Below are positions 1-13,814 of a stretch of DNA of 64,000 nucleotides, piece after piece. Numbering within the stretch: position 1 is the first letter of the stretch; the number at the start of each line of letters is the position of its first letter. Under the pieces are notes generated by a model, which worked only from the letters and a program-made list of their open reading frames with translations, ran no database searches and was not told the DNA's origin. This DNA is from Chiloscyllium plagiosum (taxonomy: Eukaryota), in contig NC_057719.1 in the NCBI RefSeq assembly GCF_004010195.1, positions 44,062,475 to 44,126,474 of the forward strand, read 5' to 3'. The position numbers and the translations under genes are program-made.

Positions 1-261
1 TCTCCGCCCCCCACCCCAGTCTGACCTATCACCCTCACCTTGACCTCTTTCCACCTATCACATTTCCAACGCCCCTCCCCCAAGTCCCTCCTCCCTACCT
101 TTTATCTTAGCCTGCTGGACAAACTTTCCTCATTCCTGAAGAAGGGCTTATGCCCGAAACGTCGATTCTCCTGTTCCCTGGATGCTGCCTGATGTGCTGC
201 GCTTTTCCAGCAACACATTTTCAGTTCTGATCTCCAGCATCTGCAGTCCTCACTTTCTCCT
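1..261 (+). mobile_element. Penelope-like element 3' end (pLTR) with hammerhead core
   Basis: CTGAAGA-A-GGGC-ttat-GCCC-GAAAC-GTC at 136-163, followed by gatgctgcctga...ccagcatctgcagtcctcactttctcc. The same end recurs at 41671-41783 and 61461-61582. Confidence 0.75.
136..163 (+). ncRNA. Minimal type-I hammerhead ribozyme core (PLE-associated)
   Basis: CUGAAGA, an extra A, stem II GGGC/GCCC, GAAA, palindromic ACGU helix III and a GUC triplet. Confidence 0.6.
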
Positions 262-1122
262 CTGGATAAATCTTGCCAATTGTGGCCTTAATAAATGATT
301 CACATTTCTTTAACAGATTACTGAATTAATCCTGTCCGTTTAATGGTTTTCATTAGATGATCCCTACTGCCTGCAGTTGAAATAAATGCTTCCTGCCTTT
401 ACCACAATTTGGTAGTGAACCTCTTTTTTTCTACAGCTTCAACAATCTTCCAGCTTGTTTCTTCCATTAGACCTTACCTACTTCAACTTCTGAAATACCC
501 CATTATTGCTTAAGTTTTGGATTCATGGCATTCCTGCTCTGCGACCTCATTTTAAATTAGTTTTGTAGCCCTTGATTTCTGATACTGTAGCCATGCCTTA
601 TGGTGCCTACTTATTATGTTAGAGATGTTCCTCATCAACTGAGTACTTTTGTTACTTTGCACTGACCCAACCTGTGCCATTTTTTATAACTTTCCCTTAT
701 CTACCAGGGATTTTACCTTGACTCAACAGAACTTCTGATGTCCATTCATTGTCCAACTAAGTCCAACTCAAGATCACTCCTACAGATAACCATTGTTTGC
801 TCTAATCTGTAACTACTTTGGAGCAATTAAAACGCCAATTTCAAGGAAATCCTAAATCTCTTGCAGCAGCATGTCCATTAGCGCAGATTCTCCCTTGTTC
901 AATCTTGCCACGAGCTTCTCTTCAGTCAGATTGTGAATGTTCAGTCCTTTCAGACAATCTGCATGAGTAATGTCCTTAAAGCTAAGTCTGAAGAAACCTT
1001 CAGACCTCCACTACTGCCAGTGTTGCATGAGATAGCTAAATGGGATCTAAATTGCTTTCCACCACATTGAATGGGCAATCCATGTCACTGCTCATTGTGT
1101 TGGACAAGCTCTCCACATTTGT

Positions 1123-1438
1123 GGGCGGCACGGTGGCACAGTGGTTAGCACTGCTGCCTCACAGCGCCAGAGACCCAGGTTCAATTCCCGCCTCAGGCGA
1201 CTGACTGTGTGGAGTTTGCATGTTCTCCCTGTGTCTGCGTGGGTTTCCTCCGGGTGATCCGGTTTCCTCCCACAAGTCATAAAGATGTGCAGGTCAGGTG
1301 AATCGGCCATGCTAAATTGCCCGTAGTTTTATGTAAGGGGTAAATGTAGGGATATGGGTGGGTTGCGCTTTGGCGGGGCGGTGTGGACTTGTTGGGCCGA
1401 AGGGCCTGTTTCCACACTGTAATGTAATCTAATCTAAT
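1123..1438 (+). mobile_element. HE1-like tRNA-derived V-SINE, full length
   Basis: tRNA head with A box (tggcacagtgg) and B box (ggttcaattcc), V-SINE core (gtgggtttcctccggg...tcccaca) and a CR1-like tail ending in (taatc)n. Near-identical to 39549-39869 and 59154-59500. Confidence 0.9.
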
Positions 1439-1620
1439 TACTGCTCCCTATAAGATAGATTTGCTGCTACTATCCTCTTTCAGATCAGGAATCTTCAGGG
1501 CCTGCTTATTCTTGTATTGTACAGGGAAATCACTTGGTCGTTTAACAAGAAGAGGTTGTTGTTTCACATAAGATGTGATTTATTGCATGATAATAACTAT
1601 ATCCAAGTTATACTGATGCA

Positions 1621-1950
1621 CAGGTAGTTCTCCTATAACACCATAATAAAAAAATCACTTAATAGAAATAATGAGGCCTATGGGAAAGGTGGGGTTTGGG
1701 GCAGACCAGCAACAAATATCACTCACAATCACTCAAAAATCACCTAAAACTCCACCACAAAATATAGCATAGCCTGAATGGAGGTATAAATCATATTTAT
1801 CAACAAAAGTTTCAGTTATGAAAATAGGTTGGATAGACTGGGACTTTTTTCATTGGAGCGTAGGATGTCGCGTGATTGTGAACAGAGGTAAGCGTTCTCA
1901 AAAATACCATTCCTTAATTAACTCTGCGACATTATAAGCAAATCGCGCTG
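1621..1950. mobile_element. Probable Tc1/mariner (Tigger/pogo-like) non-autonomous fragment
   Basis: Starts caggtagttctcctataac, resembling Tigger-type TIRs. The right end is not resolved, and a short CR1 fragment lies inside (~1810-1870). Confidence 0.35.
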
Positions 1951-1959
1951 CTGGAATGT

Positions 1960-4882
1960 CCTTCTTACTAACATCTGGAGGCTAGTGCCAAAATTGGGAG
2001 AGCTGTCTCACAGACTAGTCAAGCAACAGACTGACATAGTCATAATCACAGAATTATACTTTACTGACAATGTCCCAGACACCACCGTCACTATCCCTGG
2101 ATCTATCCTGTTCCACTGGCAGGACAGTTCCAGCAGAGGTGGCATCACAGTGGTATACAGTCTGAAAGGAGTTGCTCTGGGAGTTCTCAACATTGATTCC
2201 GGATCTCATGAAGTTAAACATGGGAAAGCAAAGCTCTTGTTGTTTACCACATTCTGTCCTTCCTTGGCTGAAGGATCTGTACTCCTCCATGTTGAGCACC
2301 ACTCAGAGCACCACTGCGCAAAATGTACTCTGCATGGGGGATTTCAATGTCCATCACCAAGAGTGGCAAGCAGCAGCACTACTGATCAAGCTAATCGAGC
2401 CCTAAAGGACATAACTGCTAGACTGAGTCCGCAGCTGGTTGTGAGGAAACCAACAAGAGGGAAAAACATATGTCAGCTCTTCCTTATCAATCTGTTGGCT
2501 GCAGATGCGTCTGTCCATGACAGTATTAGTAACAGTGACCATCACACAGTCGTTGTGGAGACAGAGTCCCATCTTCATATTAGGAATACCCTCCATCATG
2601 TTGTCTGATAATATATGCCAGACTTTGAACAGATCCAGCACAGTTGCCTCACAGGGACCCGGGTTCAATTCCCACCTCGGGTGACTGAATGTGTGGAGTT
2701 TGCATATTCTCCCCATGTCTGTGTGGGTTTCCTCCGGGTGCTCCAGTTTCCTCCCACAGTCCAAAGATGTGCAGGTCAGGTTAAATGGCCATGCTAAATT
2801 GCCCATAGTGTTAGGTGCATTAGTCAGAGGGAAATGGGTCTGGGTGGGTTACTCTTCTGAGGGTTTGTGTGGACCTGTGAGCCAAAATGGTCTGTTTCTA
2901 TACTGTAGGGAACCTAGTCTAACCAGATCCAGCAACTGAAGATGGGAATCCATGAGGAGCTGTGGGCCATCAACAGCAGTAGAACTCCAGCACAATCTGC
3001 AAACTCATGGCCCACATATCCCCACTTAACCATTACCATCAAGCCAGGGGATCAAACCTGGTTCATTGGACAGTGCAGGAGGGCATGCCAGGAGCAGCAC
3101 TGGCATACCTAAAAATGATGTGTCAATCTGGTGAAGCCACCAAACTGGGCTATTTGCATGCCAAAAGTAGGAAGTGATTAAGTGATAGATAGAGCTAAGT
3201 GAGTGCACAACCAATGGATCAGAACTAAGCTGTGCAGTCCTGCCATATCCAGTCATGAATGGTGGCGGACAATCAAACTACTCACTGCAGAAGAAGGCTC
3301 CACAAATATTCCCATCCCCAATGACTGATCAGTCCAAAAGATAAGGCTGAAACATTTGCAGCAATCTTCAGCCTGAAGTGCGACTGGATCATCCATCTCA
3401 GCTTCCTCCAGTGGTCCCTAGCATCACGGATACCAGCTTTCTGCCAATTCAGTTCAATCCATGTGATACGAAGAAATGGTTGGGGACACTAGATACCACA
3501 AAAGCTATGGGCCCTGACACAACGTCTGGCAATAATATTAAGACTGCTCCAGATTTTGCCACTCCTTTAGCCAAGCTGTTCCAGTACAGTTACAACACTG
3601 GCATTCACCTCACAATGTGGAAAACTGCCCATTTAGGTACTGTACACAAAAAGCAGGACAATTCCAACTGAGCCAATCACAGTCCCAATCGGTTTACTCT
3701 TCATTGACCATAAAGTAATGGAAGATATCACCAACAGTGCTATTAAGCAGCACCTGCTCAGTGACTCCCAGTTTGGTTTCTGCCAGGGCCACTCAGATCC
3801 TGAACTCATTGCAGCCTTGGTTCAAACATGGACAAAAGAACTGAATTCCAGAGGTGAGGTGTGAGTGACTGACCTTGACATCAAGATTGCATTCAACCGA
3901 GTGTGGCAATAAGAAGCCATAACAAAACTGGAATCAGTTCGTATCAAGGGGCAAACTCTTCACTTGTTGGAGTCATTACTGGCATTTAGGAACATGGTTG
4001 TGGTTGTTGGAGGTCAGTCATCTCAGCTCCAGGACATGTCTACAGGAGTTCCTCAGGACATTGTCCTAGGCCCAATCATTTCCAGCTGCTGGATCAATGA
4101 CCCTTCCCATTATCATAAGGTCAGAAATTGGAAGGTTTGCCGATGATTAAACTATGTTCAGCACCATTCATAACTCCTCAAATATTGAAGCAGTCCATGT
4201 TTAAATGCAACAAGAAAATATTCAGGCTTGGCTGACAAGTGGCAAGTAACATTTGCACCTCACAAATGCCAGGTAGTTACCATATCTAGTAAGTGACGAT
4301 CTAACCATCATTCCTTGACAATCAATGGTGTTACCATCACTGAATCCCTATTATCAATATCCTTAGGGTGATCATTGACCAGAAATTCAACTCGACTCAC
4401 CACATAAACACAGTGGCTACAAGAGCACGTCAGAGGCTAGAAACACAGCAGCATGTAATTCACCTCCTGACTCCCCACAATTGCCTGTCCACCATCTACA
4501 GCCAGTAATGTGATGGAATACTTCCCAGTTGCCTGGATGACTGCAGCTCCAACAACACTCAAGAAGCTTGACATCATCCAGGCCAAAGCCTCCAGCTTGA
4601 TTGGCACTACATCCATAAACAACCGCTTCCTCTACTACTGATGCTCAGTAGCAGCAGTGTGTACTATCTACAGGATGCACTGACCTCCTGATTTGAAAAT
4701 ATTTCACTGTTCCTTCACTGTTGCTGGGTCAGAATCCTCAAATTCCCTCCCTGAGTGTATTGTAGCTCAACGATGTAGATTGCAGCGGTTCAAGAAGGCA
4801 GCTCACCACCATGGGCAACTAGGGACAGCCAACGAATGCTGGTCAGCCAGTTACATCCACATTCCATGAGTGATTAAAAAAC
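1960..4882 (+). mobile_element. Degraded CR1/L2-group LINE (APE endonuclease + RT), ORF2 pseudogene with 3' tail
   Basis: Frameshifted motifs: endonuclease DIVIITE...RGG, MGDFNVHH and SDH; RT LDTTKAMGPD, LAKLFQYSY and GVPQ..LGP. The 3' tail ends ccatgagtgattaaaaa. Confidence 0.85.
2641..2923 (+). mobile_element. 5'-truncated HE1-like SINE nested in the LINE, 11-bp TSD
   Basis: HE1 body; direct repeat cagatccagca at 2630-2640 and 2924-2934. Confidence 0.85.
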
Positions 4883-5452
4883 AAATGATGCCACAGAGTA
4901 CAAAGGACCTGTTTAATATGACTGAACATCTCTTGAAAGTGTACTTGGTTCTGAGTTTCTGTTGTGAGCTGTACAGAAACAACCTGTCATTAACCAATGG
5001 ATCTACTAGCTACAGCAGGAATTTAATATGGTAGTTAACAACTCTGGATACGGGAATGTCTTTTCATTTTTAATCAGGTGCTTCTCAACAGCTGCTGTAC
5101 CAAGCCTCAGGGTTTCTTGACCCAGTATTATACCGGGAATGTACTTTCCATGTTATGGAAGTTCTCCTTTTAAAGTTGGTTTTGTACTAGCCCCCTTGAG
5201 GTGCTTGACATTCTTGTCCAGTGCCACAAATCAGGTTTACCCTTCACACTATTTCAAATAATCCAGATTCTCATGTCATGGATTTCAGCTAACAGGGTGT
5301 TCATTATCAGAATGACTTCCTCTTTAGCATACATGGTGACAGGTTAAAGGCCAGAGCTCTCCTTCCTTCAAGCTCCTTTTCCTTTTTGCCATAAACTCAC
5401 TTCATAGCTTGTTCATGGAGACTGTATGTTGGATAGAGCAATTCTTCAATTA

Positions 5453-5592
5453 CTGGATGGGTACATGAATAGGAAAGGTTTAGAGGGATATAGGCAAAGT
5501 GCTGGCAAATGGGACTAGATTAATTTAGGATATCTGGTCGGCATGGATGATTTGGACCGAAGGGTCAGTTTCTGTGCTGCACAACTCTAATG
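5453..5592 (+). mobile_element. CR1 3' end fragment
   Basis: ctggatgggtacatgaataggaaagg...ggaccgaagggtc tail shared with the other CR1 copies. Confidence 0.8.
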
Positions 5593-6544
5593 ACTTTGTA
5601 ACGTGTCTCGGAATTCTGAACAACAAACAATGACTATTTGGAAATACTGTATTTCACAACGGACCTATGTTATAATTCTGCATTTATTGAAGATGAACCA
5701 AAGTGTCTTGCTCCTTTTTCACACAATTCTAGGGGACTGTACTCAAGCTGAAATTAGCATTAACCTAGATTTCAATGACTGAAATTAATTCGTAACCAGT
5801 CAATACTCTTGAGCCATACAAACTTATAATATGATACTTTGGGACACTGACCATCATTTCCCATTATTCAAGATGTTGCTAGAGAGTATTAGCTACCTGG
5901 TTAATTATCCCAGCAACACAAATCAACAAAAGGAGTACTGCAATATTTTCAGAATGGTCCCCAAGGCTACAGGGCCAGTTATGGATGAACACAGTAAATA
6001 AAAATCTTTAACCTCTCCCTTTCTGCTTCTAGTGACAATGCAAAATTTATTCCCCTTTGGCAGTGAATATTTATATCATGATTCCAAATCCCTTTTTAAA
6101 TTTAAAATACTTTCATTTGATGTTCCACTCAATTCCTCTGTTCTGGTGACTGTAAGTGTGTAGGAAACAAAAAACACATTCTATATGATACATTATCCAC
6201 ATTGCCAATCAAGTTTCCATATCCTTAAAAATTCTTTATAATATGTTAATTAGGCATCTATTAATAAAGTGGATTCTGGATAAACCTGTGATCAAAGAAT
6301 TTGCTCCAAGCTGCAATTTTCACTCTCTCCTTTCACCTGCATACCCAGACACAACTAATTGAGCAAGATATTTTAGAAGGATTCAGCTTTATCTGTGGTG
6401 AAACACCCTCCCTTGGGGCTATTGTTATGGTCTGAAGCAGGATCAAGCCGCACGATTGAAGTACTCCATTGATTGCCCTAGATATGGTTCAGAAAGGAAC
6501 CACAATACTGACCTCTTCACATCAAAATATTGCATTTTGAGCAG

Positions 6545-7045
6545 TTGAGAAATGTATTTTTATAGTCTTGAAAGAAAGTGAAAGAGGTGTAACTTTACAG
6601 AGACATGAAGTGTACAAATGGTAAAATGCAAGTGTAATATATTTATGACAGCATACCAGAGGGTACAGATTCAAACTAGCTAGAGACAAATGTAAGAAAA
6701 AATGAAGCAGACCTTCTCTTACTGAAAGAGCGATCGACACATGGAACAGATTTCTGTGTAGATTAACAAGAGCAAAACTATGGAATCATTTAACGTGAGA
6801 GTGAAAGATTTATAAGGGATTTAAGGGGGCAACATTTTCACGCAGAGGATGGTGCGGGATTGGAATGAACTGCCAGAGGAGGTGGTGGTACAATTCCAGC
6901 ATTTAAAAAGCATCTGGATAGGAAGGGTTTAGAGGGATATGGGCCAGGTACTGGCAAGTGGGACTAGATTAGGTAAGGATATCTGATCGACATAGACAAG
7001 TTGGACTGAAGAGTCTGTTTCCGTGCTGTACATCTCTATGACTCC
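6545..7045 (+). mobile_element. CR1 3' fragments (older piece plus a younger 3' end at ~6795-7045)
   Basis: Matches the CR1 3' end at 11860-12131. Confidence 0.75.
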
Positions 7046-7859
7046 ATTTATAAAATAGTTAGGTTTGAGTCAAGGGGATCTAAAAGATCTTTCTGGATGA
7101 CACAAGATTGTCAAATGTCTTTTTCTTCTCTCTATGAAAATTGTGATCTAAAAGAATACTATTTAAGTTCATTCGTTATAAATTCAGATATTAACTGCCT
7201 GGCGACCTCAAAAACAAAATAAAAATTTTGGTTTTATTTATGTGAATCTTACTTTCGATCATTTGGCTTTGAATTCAGGAGAACTAGACAATTCAATGTT
7301 TGTTTTTAGAACTAAGATAGCTAGGCAGGAAAGGATGGAACGCAGTATGTGCATAACCAGTTGTATGTTGAGAAAATTTTATTTATAGAGGCACACATTG
7401 CATATCAAACCCCACCTCCCACCACCAAATCCTGTGTACTCCTTTGAAGCAAATTAATCAAATCAAATAAAATTTTAAAAAGTTATAGGTGACAGTCGCT
7501 TAAAGGTATAGGTAATAAAAAAATCACATGAAATATAAAAGTTGAATTAAAATATTGCTGTCTGGAGAGATAATGTAATTCAGCATCTGAGTCCAGACAG
7601 CATGGATCCTCTCCAGGGTTACCCAAGCATGGGCAGAACGGTAGAAGTAAAGCAGACAGTTGAGTTTAACAAGACCTCAAAGGCCTGCTCCCACGGAGAT
7701 ATCCACGGCCATCTTTATCCAGGAGGTAATCCAGCGTTTTGCGTGTCCCTACATTCCCCCTCCCCCCATAGTTGCACGAGGTGACCAAAGCTTAAAAGGA
7801 TGGGGCTGAACTGCTGCAAAAAATTAAGTAGCAGCCCCCTCAAAAAATAGAAGAGGTGT

Positions 7860-8100
7860 AAATGTGCACAACCTGTGTACACATGAAATACAAACCCTTC
7901 AGGCCTCAAAATAACACAGGTGGTGCTCTTTATCATCCATTGCACCATACTGCTGTGTTGAGTGCTACCCACTTATGGTGTAAGTGGGAGTGGGGTGGGG
8001 TTCTATCTCGTACGGACAGCAGTTTGACCATGGACATGTCCAGACAGCTGATGAGGATGAGGAAGTAGAGGGTATGCAGTAGCAGCTCATACAGCAATCC
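7860..8100 (+). pseudogene. Possible PIF/Harbinger transposase C-terminal remnant
   Basis: MKYKPFRPQNNTGGALYHP resembles the Harbinger RFRCLDxSGGALQY motif and is followed by an acidic tract. Very degraded. Confidence 0.3.
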
Positions 8101-9614
8101 CCACACAACCAATGAATTGGCACAGAGGGAATTTCCTCAAAAATACTCAGGTCTGGTAAATGGGTTTGCAAGGGAGAGTTTGAGGCCCCAGCCAATGCAC
8201 AGTTTGGTCCAAATGAGAATCTTTTCAGCATGGAATCTGCTCCAATATACACGTTGAAAAACCAAATTTAAATTAAACCAAATTAAATGTTTACAATCCC
8301 TTAAGGGAATATTGTAAAAGCAAAATTAATTTAATTTAAAATTGTCATTCTGGGTGGAGGTAATGCACACATGCCCTCTCGCAGTCCATCAGCTGTGAAA
8401 GGCCTTAACTATGCCAGTTGACACCATGAGCTACCTCTCCAAAGACACCTGGGTGTGGATCTGCTGCTATATATGTATATAACGGCACACATATGAATTT
8501 CCAATTAATACTCACTATCTGAATAGAGATAACACTAAATTTATAGATAATTGACATCTCGTATCTCATGAGAAGTCAAAATAATTTAACCAGCATCTAC
8601 AGATTATGACAAACATCAGACACAGATGGAACTGAAATCCAGACCTTTTGGCTCAGAGGAAACATTGCTATTTCCATATGTGTACCTGAGAAGTCAAATT
8701 TCCAGAGCAAAGTTTTGGCAACTTACATTCACTTTCATGTACAGTTAATCTAAATAAGTGGAATTCTTATTTTTCTCTGATTAAATTGTTTGTAATATCT
8801 TAAAACTTTCAACTCCATCCCACAATTCAAAATCAGTGATGACTTCGAATACACTTATAAGTGTGTAGTTTCATGTTTTAAGTTTCCTGGCAAAAGTACA
8901 AGTGTGAAAGATAAAGATTCCTGAGCATGGTTCCAAGGGTTAATCTAAAGTAGCCTGGTTATCTTAGAGATGAGAAAAAAGCGGATTTGGGTAACAAGGG
9001 CTGATCAATTGGATTTTAATGGAATCAGGGAGATTCTGCAGTCCTTCAGACATGGCATCAAAGGCCCAATTCTGGGATTCCCAGAACTGCAATTTTCATC
9101 AGTGAGGGATAAGGGAGAAGGCTGGGTCAGTCTGTGACCTCACTTCCTGCTCTTCCAATGTGTCCAGCTCCATTTGCAGAGAGAGACATTTCCTCGTGTA
9201 TTATAATCAGAAGCCTTTTGAATGATATATTTGGAAGGACTTACCCATGCCCCACTGCCAACCTAGTCACTTCTACCCATCTTCAGTAGCCTTCTGATAC
9301 TCTCCATGTTACCTGTGGCGCGTCCATGACCATTTACCCTGTGTACTCTCTACACAGAGGCAATGAACCCAATAGTAACAAAGGCATGAACTGGAAAACC
9401 TTATAAGAACATCAGTCATGTATAATTTTCTAGGAAAACTAAACTGCTTTAACTTTAGCCCTCTAAAATGTTAAAAATCGACTAACCTTTGAAGTAATAA
9501 TAGCAGAAAATACTTGATAGCCATTTATCTGGTGTAAATAGGCTGAACAATTAACAAAATAGAGCTGAGAGAAAGAGCTATCAATCAAGCACAGCTTCCC
9601 CTTTGTCACAGATT

Positions 9615-11200
9615 CATAGAGTATTACAACACAGAAACATGCTCTTCAGCCCAGCATGCCTTTGCTGACCAACAAACACCAAACTACTCTAATCCCATTT
9701 ACCTGCACTTAGTTCATTGCCTACAATGTGTTGGCATTTTAAGTATTCATCCAGATGCTTCTCAAATGTTGTGAGAGTATCTTCCTGCACCACTCTCCCA
9801 ATTATTTCAACAGATTAATTGATGTCTTGGCTCTCAACCATGAATATATAATGTGGCATGGTGTCACACTCGGCAGCTCCTGTGGCTGTGTCCAAACTGT
9901 TTCAGAGGGTGGAGGCCAGACTCCTGCTAGCTCCTGACCCCAAAATTAAATCTCCACCTTTGCAAGCGCAGAAGAATAAACTGGTCCTTTTCTGAGTGGC
10001 AGCCAGTGAATAGCGGGACACCACAGTGCTTGGATTGATACATTATACATATATTAATGATTTACGTGAGGAAACTAAGTATAATGTCTCCGAGTTTGCA
10101 GATGACAAAACCAGGTAGGGGATGAACCATGAGGGGCATGTAGCAATGCTTCCCTTTGAAATAAAGGCTAACATTGCATTTGCTTTCCCAATTACCCATT
10201 AAACTCAGATGCTAGCTTTTTGTGATTCATGGACAAAAACTCCCAAATCCCTCTGTTCTGTAGTTTTCTGCAGTCTTCATTTAAATATTATTCAGCTTAT
10301 CTATTCTTCCTGGCAAAGTACAAAACTTCACATTTCCCACATTATACTCCATCTGCCAAGTTCTGCCCACTCGCTTCACCTGTTCTATAGCCCTTTGCAG
10401 ATTCTTTGTGTCATCCCAACCACTGCCTTCCCACGCATGTTTGTCATCTACTAACTTGGCTGCAATATATTCACTGTCGTCATCCAGAGCATCAATATAT
10501 CTGTGGGGCACACCACTAGTTAGAGGTTGCCATCCTGTAAATGCCCCTCTTATCCCAACTCTGTGTCATCTATTAGTTAGCCAATCCTCTTTCTGTGCTA
10601 ATATACTACCTCCAACACCATAGGCTTTTATCTTATTAAATAGTCTAATGTCTGATAGCTTATCAAACATGTTCTGAAATTCCAATGATGTTACACCCAC
10701 GCTTTTCCTTTATCTATCCTCCTCGAAGAATTCTAGTAAAATTTGCATACATAATTTCCCCTTTATGAAGCCATGCTGACACTGCTTAACCATCTTATGT
10801 ATTTCTAAATACTCTGCGATTACATTCTTTATAATCAACTCTTAACATTTTCCCAATAGCAGACATTAAGCTGACTGGCCTACAGTTACTTGTCTTTTCA
10901 TCTCCTTTCCTTTTTAAGTAAAGACATTACACCGGCAGGTTTCTAATTCTCTGTGACTTTTCCTGAATCTAAGGACTTGTGGAAGATTACTCCTAGTGTA
11001 TTTATACCTCTGTGGCTACTTTGTTTAATGTCTTAGAGCATCCCATCTGATCCAGGGAACTTATCCATTTTCTTTTCCCATTAATTTCCCTATATTTATT
11101 TTTCTAGTAATAGTTATTGTAGTTAATTTTCTCTATTCCTTTTGCCCATTGAATATTTAGTAATTTTGGAATGTCATTAGAATCCTCAAACGTCTGTGTT
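9615..11200 (-). mobile_element. Cluster of old CR1 fragments (mainly minus; short plus piece ~9975-10150)
   Basis: Minus-strand translation IDALDDDSEYIAAKLVDDK...WQMEYNV is the CR1 RT FADDTK region. Confidence 0.7.
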
Positions 11201-11214
11201 TTCTTCACAGATCT

Positions 11215-12330
11215 TTAATCTTTCATGATATGTGGGCATCACACAGGCAAGGCCAGTATTAAATTGCCCAACCTTAACTGCCTTTGAACTTGCTGCTTGC
11301 TAGACTATTAAGAGGTCTGTTTCCATGCTGTGTAGCTCAATGACTCTATGACATTTAACAGTTAACTACATTGCTATATGTACGACACTTAATGGTAAGG
11401 TCCGAGGAAGTGTTGCTGAACAAAGAGACCTCGGAGTGCAGGTTCATAGCTCCTTGGAAATGCCAAGTCGCAGGTAGATAGGATAGTGAAGAAGACGTTT
11501 GATATGCTTTCCTTTATTGGTCAGAGTATTGAGAAAAGGAGTTGGGAGGTCATGCTGCGGCTGTACAGGACATTGGTTAGGCCACTGTTGGAATATTGCG
11601 TGCAATTCTGGTCTCCTTCCTATTGGAAAGATGTGAAACTTGAAAGTGTTCAGAAAAGATTTACAAGGATGTTGCCAGGGTTGGAGGATTTGAGCTATAG
11701 GGAGAGGCTGAACAGTCTGGGGCTGTTTTCCCTGGAGCGTCAGAGGCTGAGGGGTGACCTTATAGAGGTTTACAAAATTATGAGGGGCATGGTTAGGGTA
11801 AATAGGCAAAGTATTTTCCCTGGGGTGGGGAGTCCAGAACTAGAGGGCATAGGTTTAGGGTGAGAGGGGAAAGATATAAAAGAGACTAAGGGGCAACATT
11901 TTCACACAGAGGGTGGTACGGATATGGAATGAGCCGCCAGAGGAAGTGGTGGAGGCTGGTACAATTGCAACATTTAAGAGGCATTTGGATGGGTATATGA
12001 ATAGGAAGGGTTTGGAGTGATATGGGCCGGGTGCTGGCAGGTGGGACTAGATTGGGTTGATATATCTGGTCAGAATGGACAGGTTGGACCGAAAGGTCTG
12101 TTTCCATGCTGTACATCTCTATGACTCTATGACACTCCCAAGTATGCATGGCAGATTTTCTTCCCTACAGAATATTAGTAAATGTGATTAGTTTTGTGAT
12201 GATTGCTGATTGTGATGATAATATAATCACTATTAATATTTTGAAAAGATTTTAAAATTGAAATAAAATTGCATCAGATGCCAAGCACTATTTGAACACA
12301 CTGGCTTTCTGGAAAACTAGAATTATATTG
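11215..12330 (-). mobile_element. tRNA-derived SINE (tail shared with the 1960-4882 LINE family), interrupted by CR1
   Basis: The segments flanking the CR1 resemble the 22515-25002 SINE (ggcagatttccttcc-like core; LINE-like tail at 11215-11290). Confidence 0.5.
11384..12131 (+). mobile_element. CR1 (HER1-like) LINE, 5'-truncated
   Basis: ORF 11486-11863 RLYRTLVRPLLEYCVQFWSP...QKRFTRMLPG is the CR1 ORF2 C-terminus; tail (gactctat)n. Confidence 0.92.
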
Positions 12331-13174
12331 CCTCTTGCCTATTGTCTCTCACATGGCTTTGGTTATTATCAAGATTTAGTTTACTTACAAATACTAACCT
12401 GCTTCAGTGCAATGATTGTTCCATTCCTATGTGAATGGATGACAGTTTCAATAACTTGCAATAACAGATTGTCCTTTTATTATACTTTCAAATTTGTTGG
12501 AACAAACGAATAGAATTACAGGTTTCCGCATCAGATAACATTATTTTCTCAGTATCGATGAATGGCAGTGTTTTTTTTAGTTTATTTCCACCCCATCTGA
12601 AGGAATGCAAAGTATTTTCTAACAATATTGCATAGAATTGGAGGCCTGTGCATAGTGTAGGCTGGGTGAATGGCTATGTAATATTCAAAGGGTCTGTAGA
12701 TCAAGCATGAATAATGTGAGGGACATGAATGATACATGGACATAATGGTGGCATGGGTTGTTGACATGGTGATCTGAGAGGGCATGGGTAAGATTAATGG
12801 TGGTTTTAAACAATACTGGGAGCTGAGATCCTGATTGCGAGAATGGAGGCTATCCTTTATATGGCCCCTCTCCGCACTCACACACACACATCATGGACTC
12901 AAGTGTGGTGTGGAAACTGCTCTGTGTGAAAAGACAAAAATGGCACATAGAGTCACATGTATGTCAGGTGTGCAGTTTGGGAGCTGTGAAGATGCACAGG
13001 TTGGGTTTTCCCAGTCCCAGAGGAAAATTTGGTCCCATCCCACATGTTCCATATATGAAAAATGATGTGTGGAATTTCAGAACATACATAGTTTCAACAA
13101 TATGGCACACTCTGAAAAGAGAAAGAAGGCAGGAGCTGAAGAAAATTGCAATCACCAGGGAAATTGGGCTCAGG

Positions 13175-13740
13175 AACATAGTCCTATAAAAGTGGAGGCA
13201 CAGATAGACAGGCTGGTTAAGAAGCATGCTTGCCTTCATTGCTCAGTCCATTGAATTTCGGAGTTGGGGTGTCATTTTTTGTGGTTGTACTGCTCTGTAG
13301 AGTTCTGGTTACCCTGCTATAGGAAGGACATTATTAAATTGGAGAGGGCTCAGAAAGATTCACAAGGCTGTTGCTGGGATTGAAGGGTTTGAGTTATAAG
13401 GAGAGACTGGATATACTTGGACCTTTCTTTACTGGAGTGTAGGAGGTTGAGGGGTGACTTATAAAGGTTTATAAAATCATGAGGGGCATAGATAAGGTGA
13501 ATAGTAATGATCTTTTCCCTAGAGCAGGGGAATTCAAACTAGAGGGCATATTTTTAAGGTGACAGGAGAAAGATTTGAAAGGGAGTACAGTTACAGCATT
13601 TAAAAAGACATTTGGACAGGTACATGAATAGGGAAGGTTTACAGGGGCATGGATCAAATGCATGCAAGTAGGACTAATTTAGTTTGGGAAACTTGGTCAG
13701 CATAACAAGTTGGACCGAAGGGTCTGATTATGTGCTATAT
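13175..13740 (+). mobile_element. Older CR1 3' fragment
   Basis: Homologous to the CR1 ORF2 end and 3'UTR. Confidence 0.8.
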
Positions 13741-13814
13741 AATTTTAATTTTACAAAAATCCCTTGGTTCAAGAAGATTTTATTAGATTGGAAAATAGCA
13801 ATTTAACTCAACGC

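Noticed and set aside
262..1120. Possible degraded LTR-retroelement coding sequence (also ~4883-5450)
   Set aside because: I could not identify any diagnostic motif, so it is left unassigned.
1123..1200. tRNA gene
   Set aside because: The A and B boxes belong to HE1 SINE heads and are followed by SINE body and tail.
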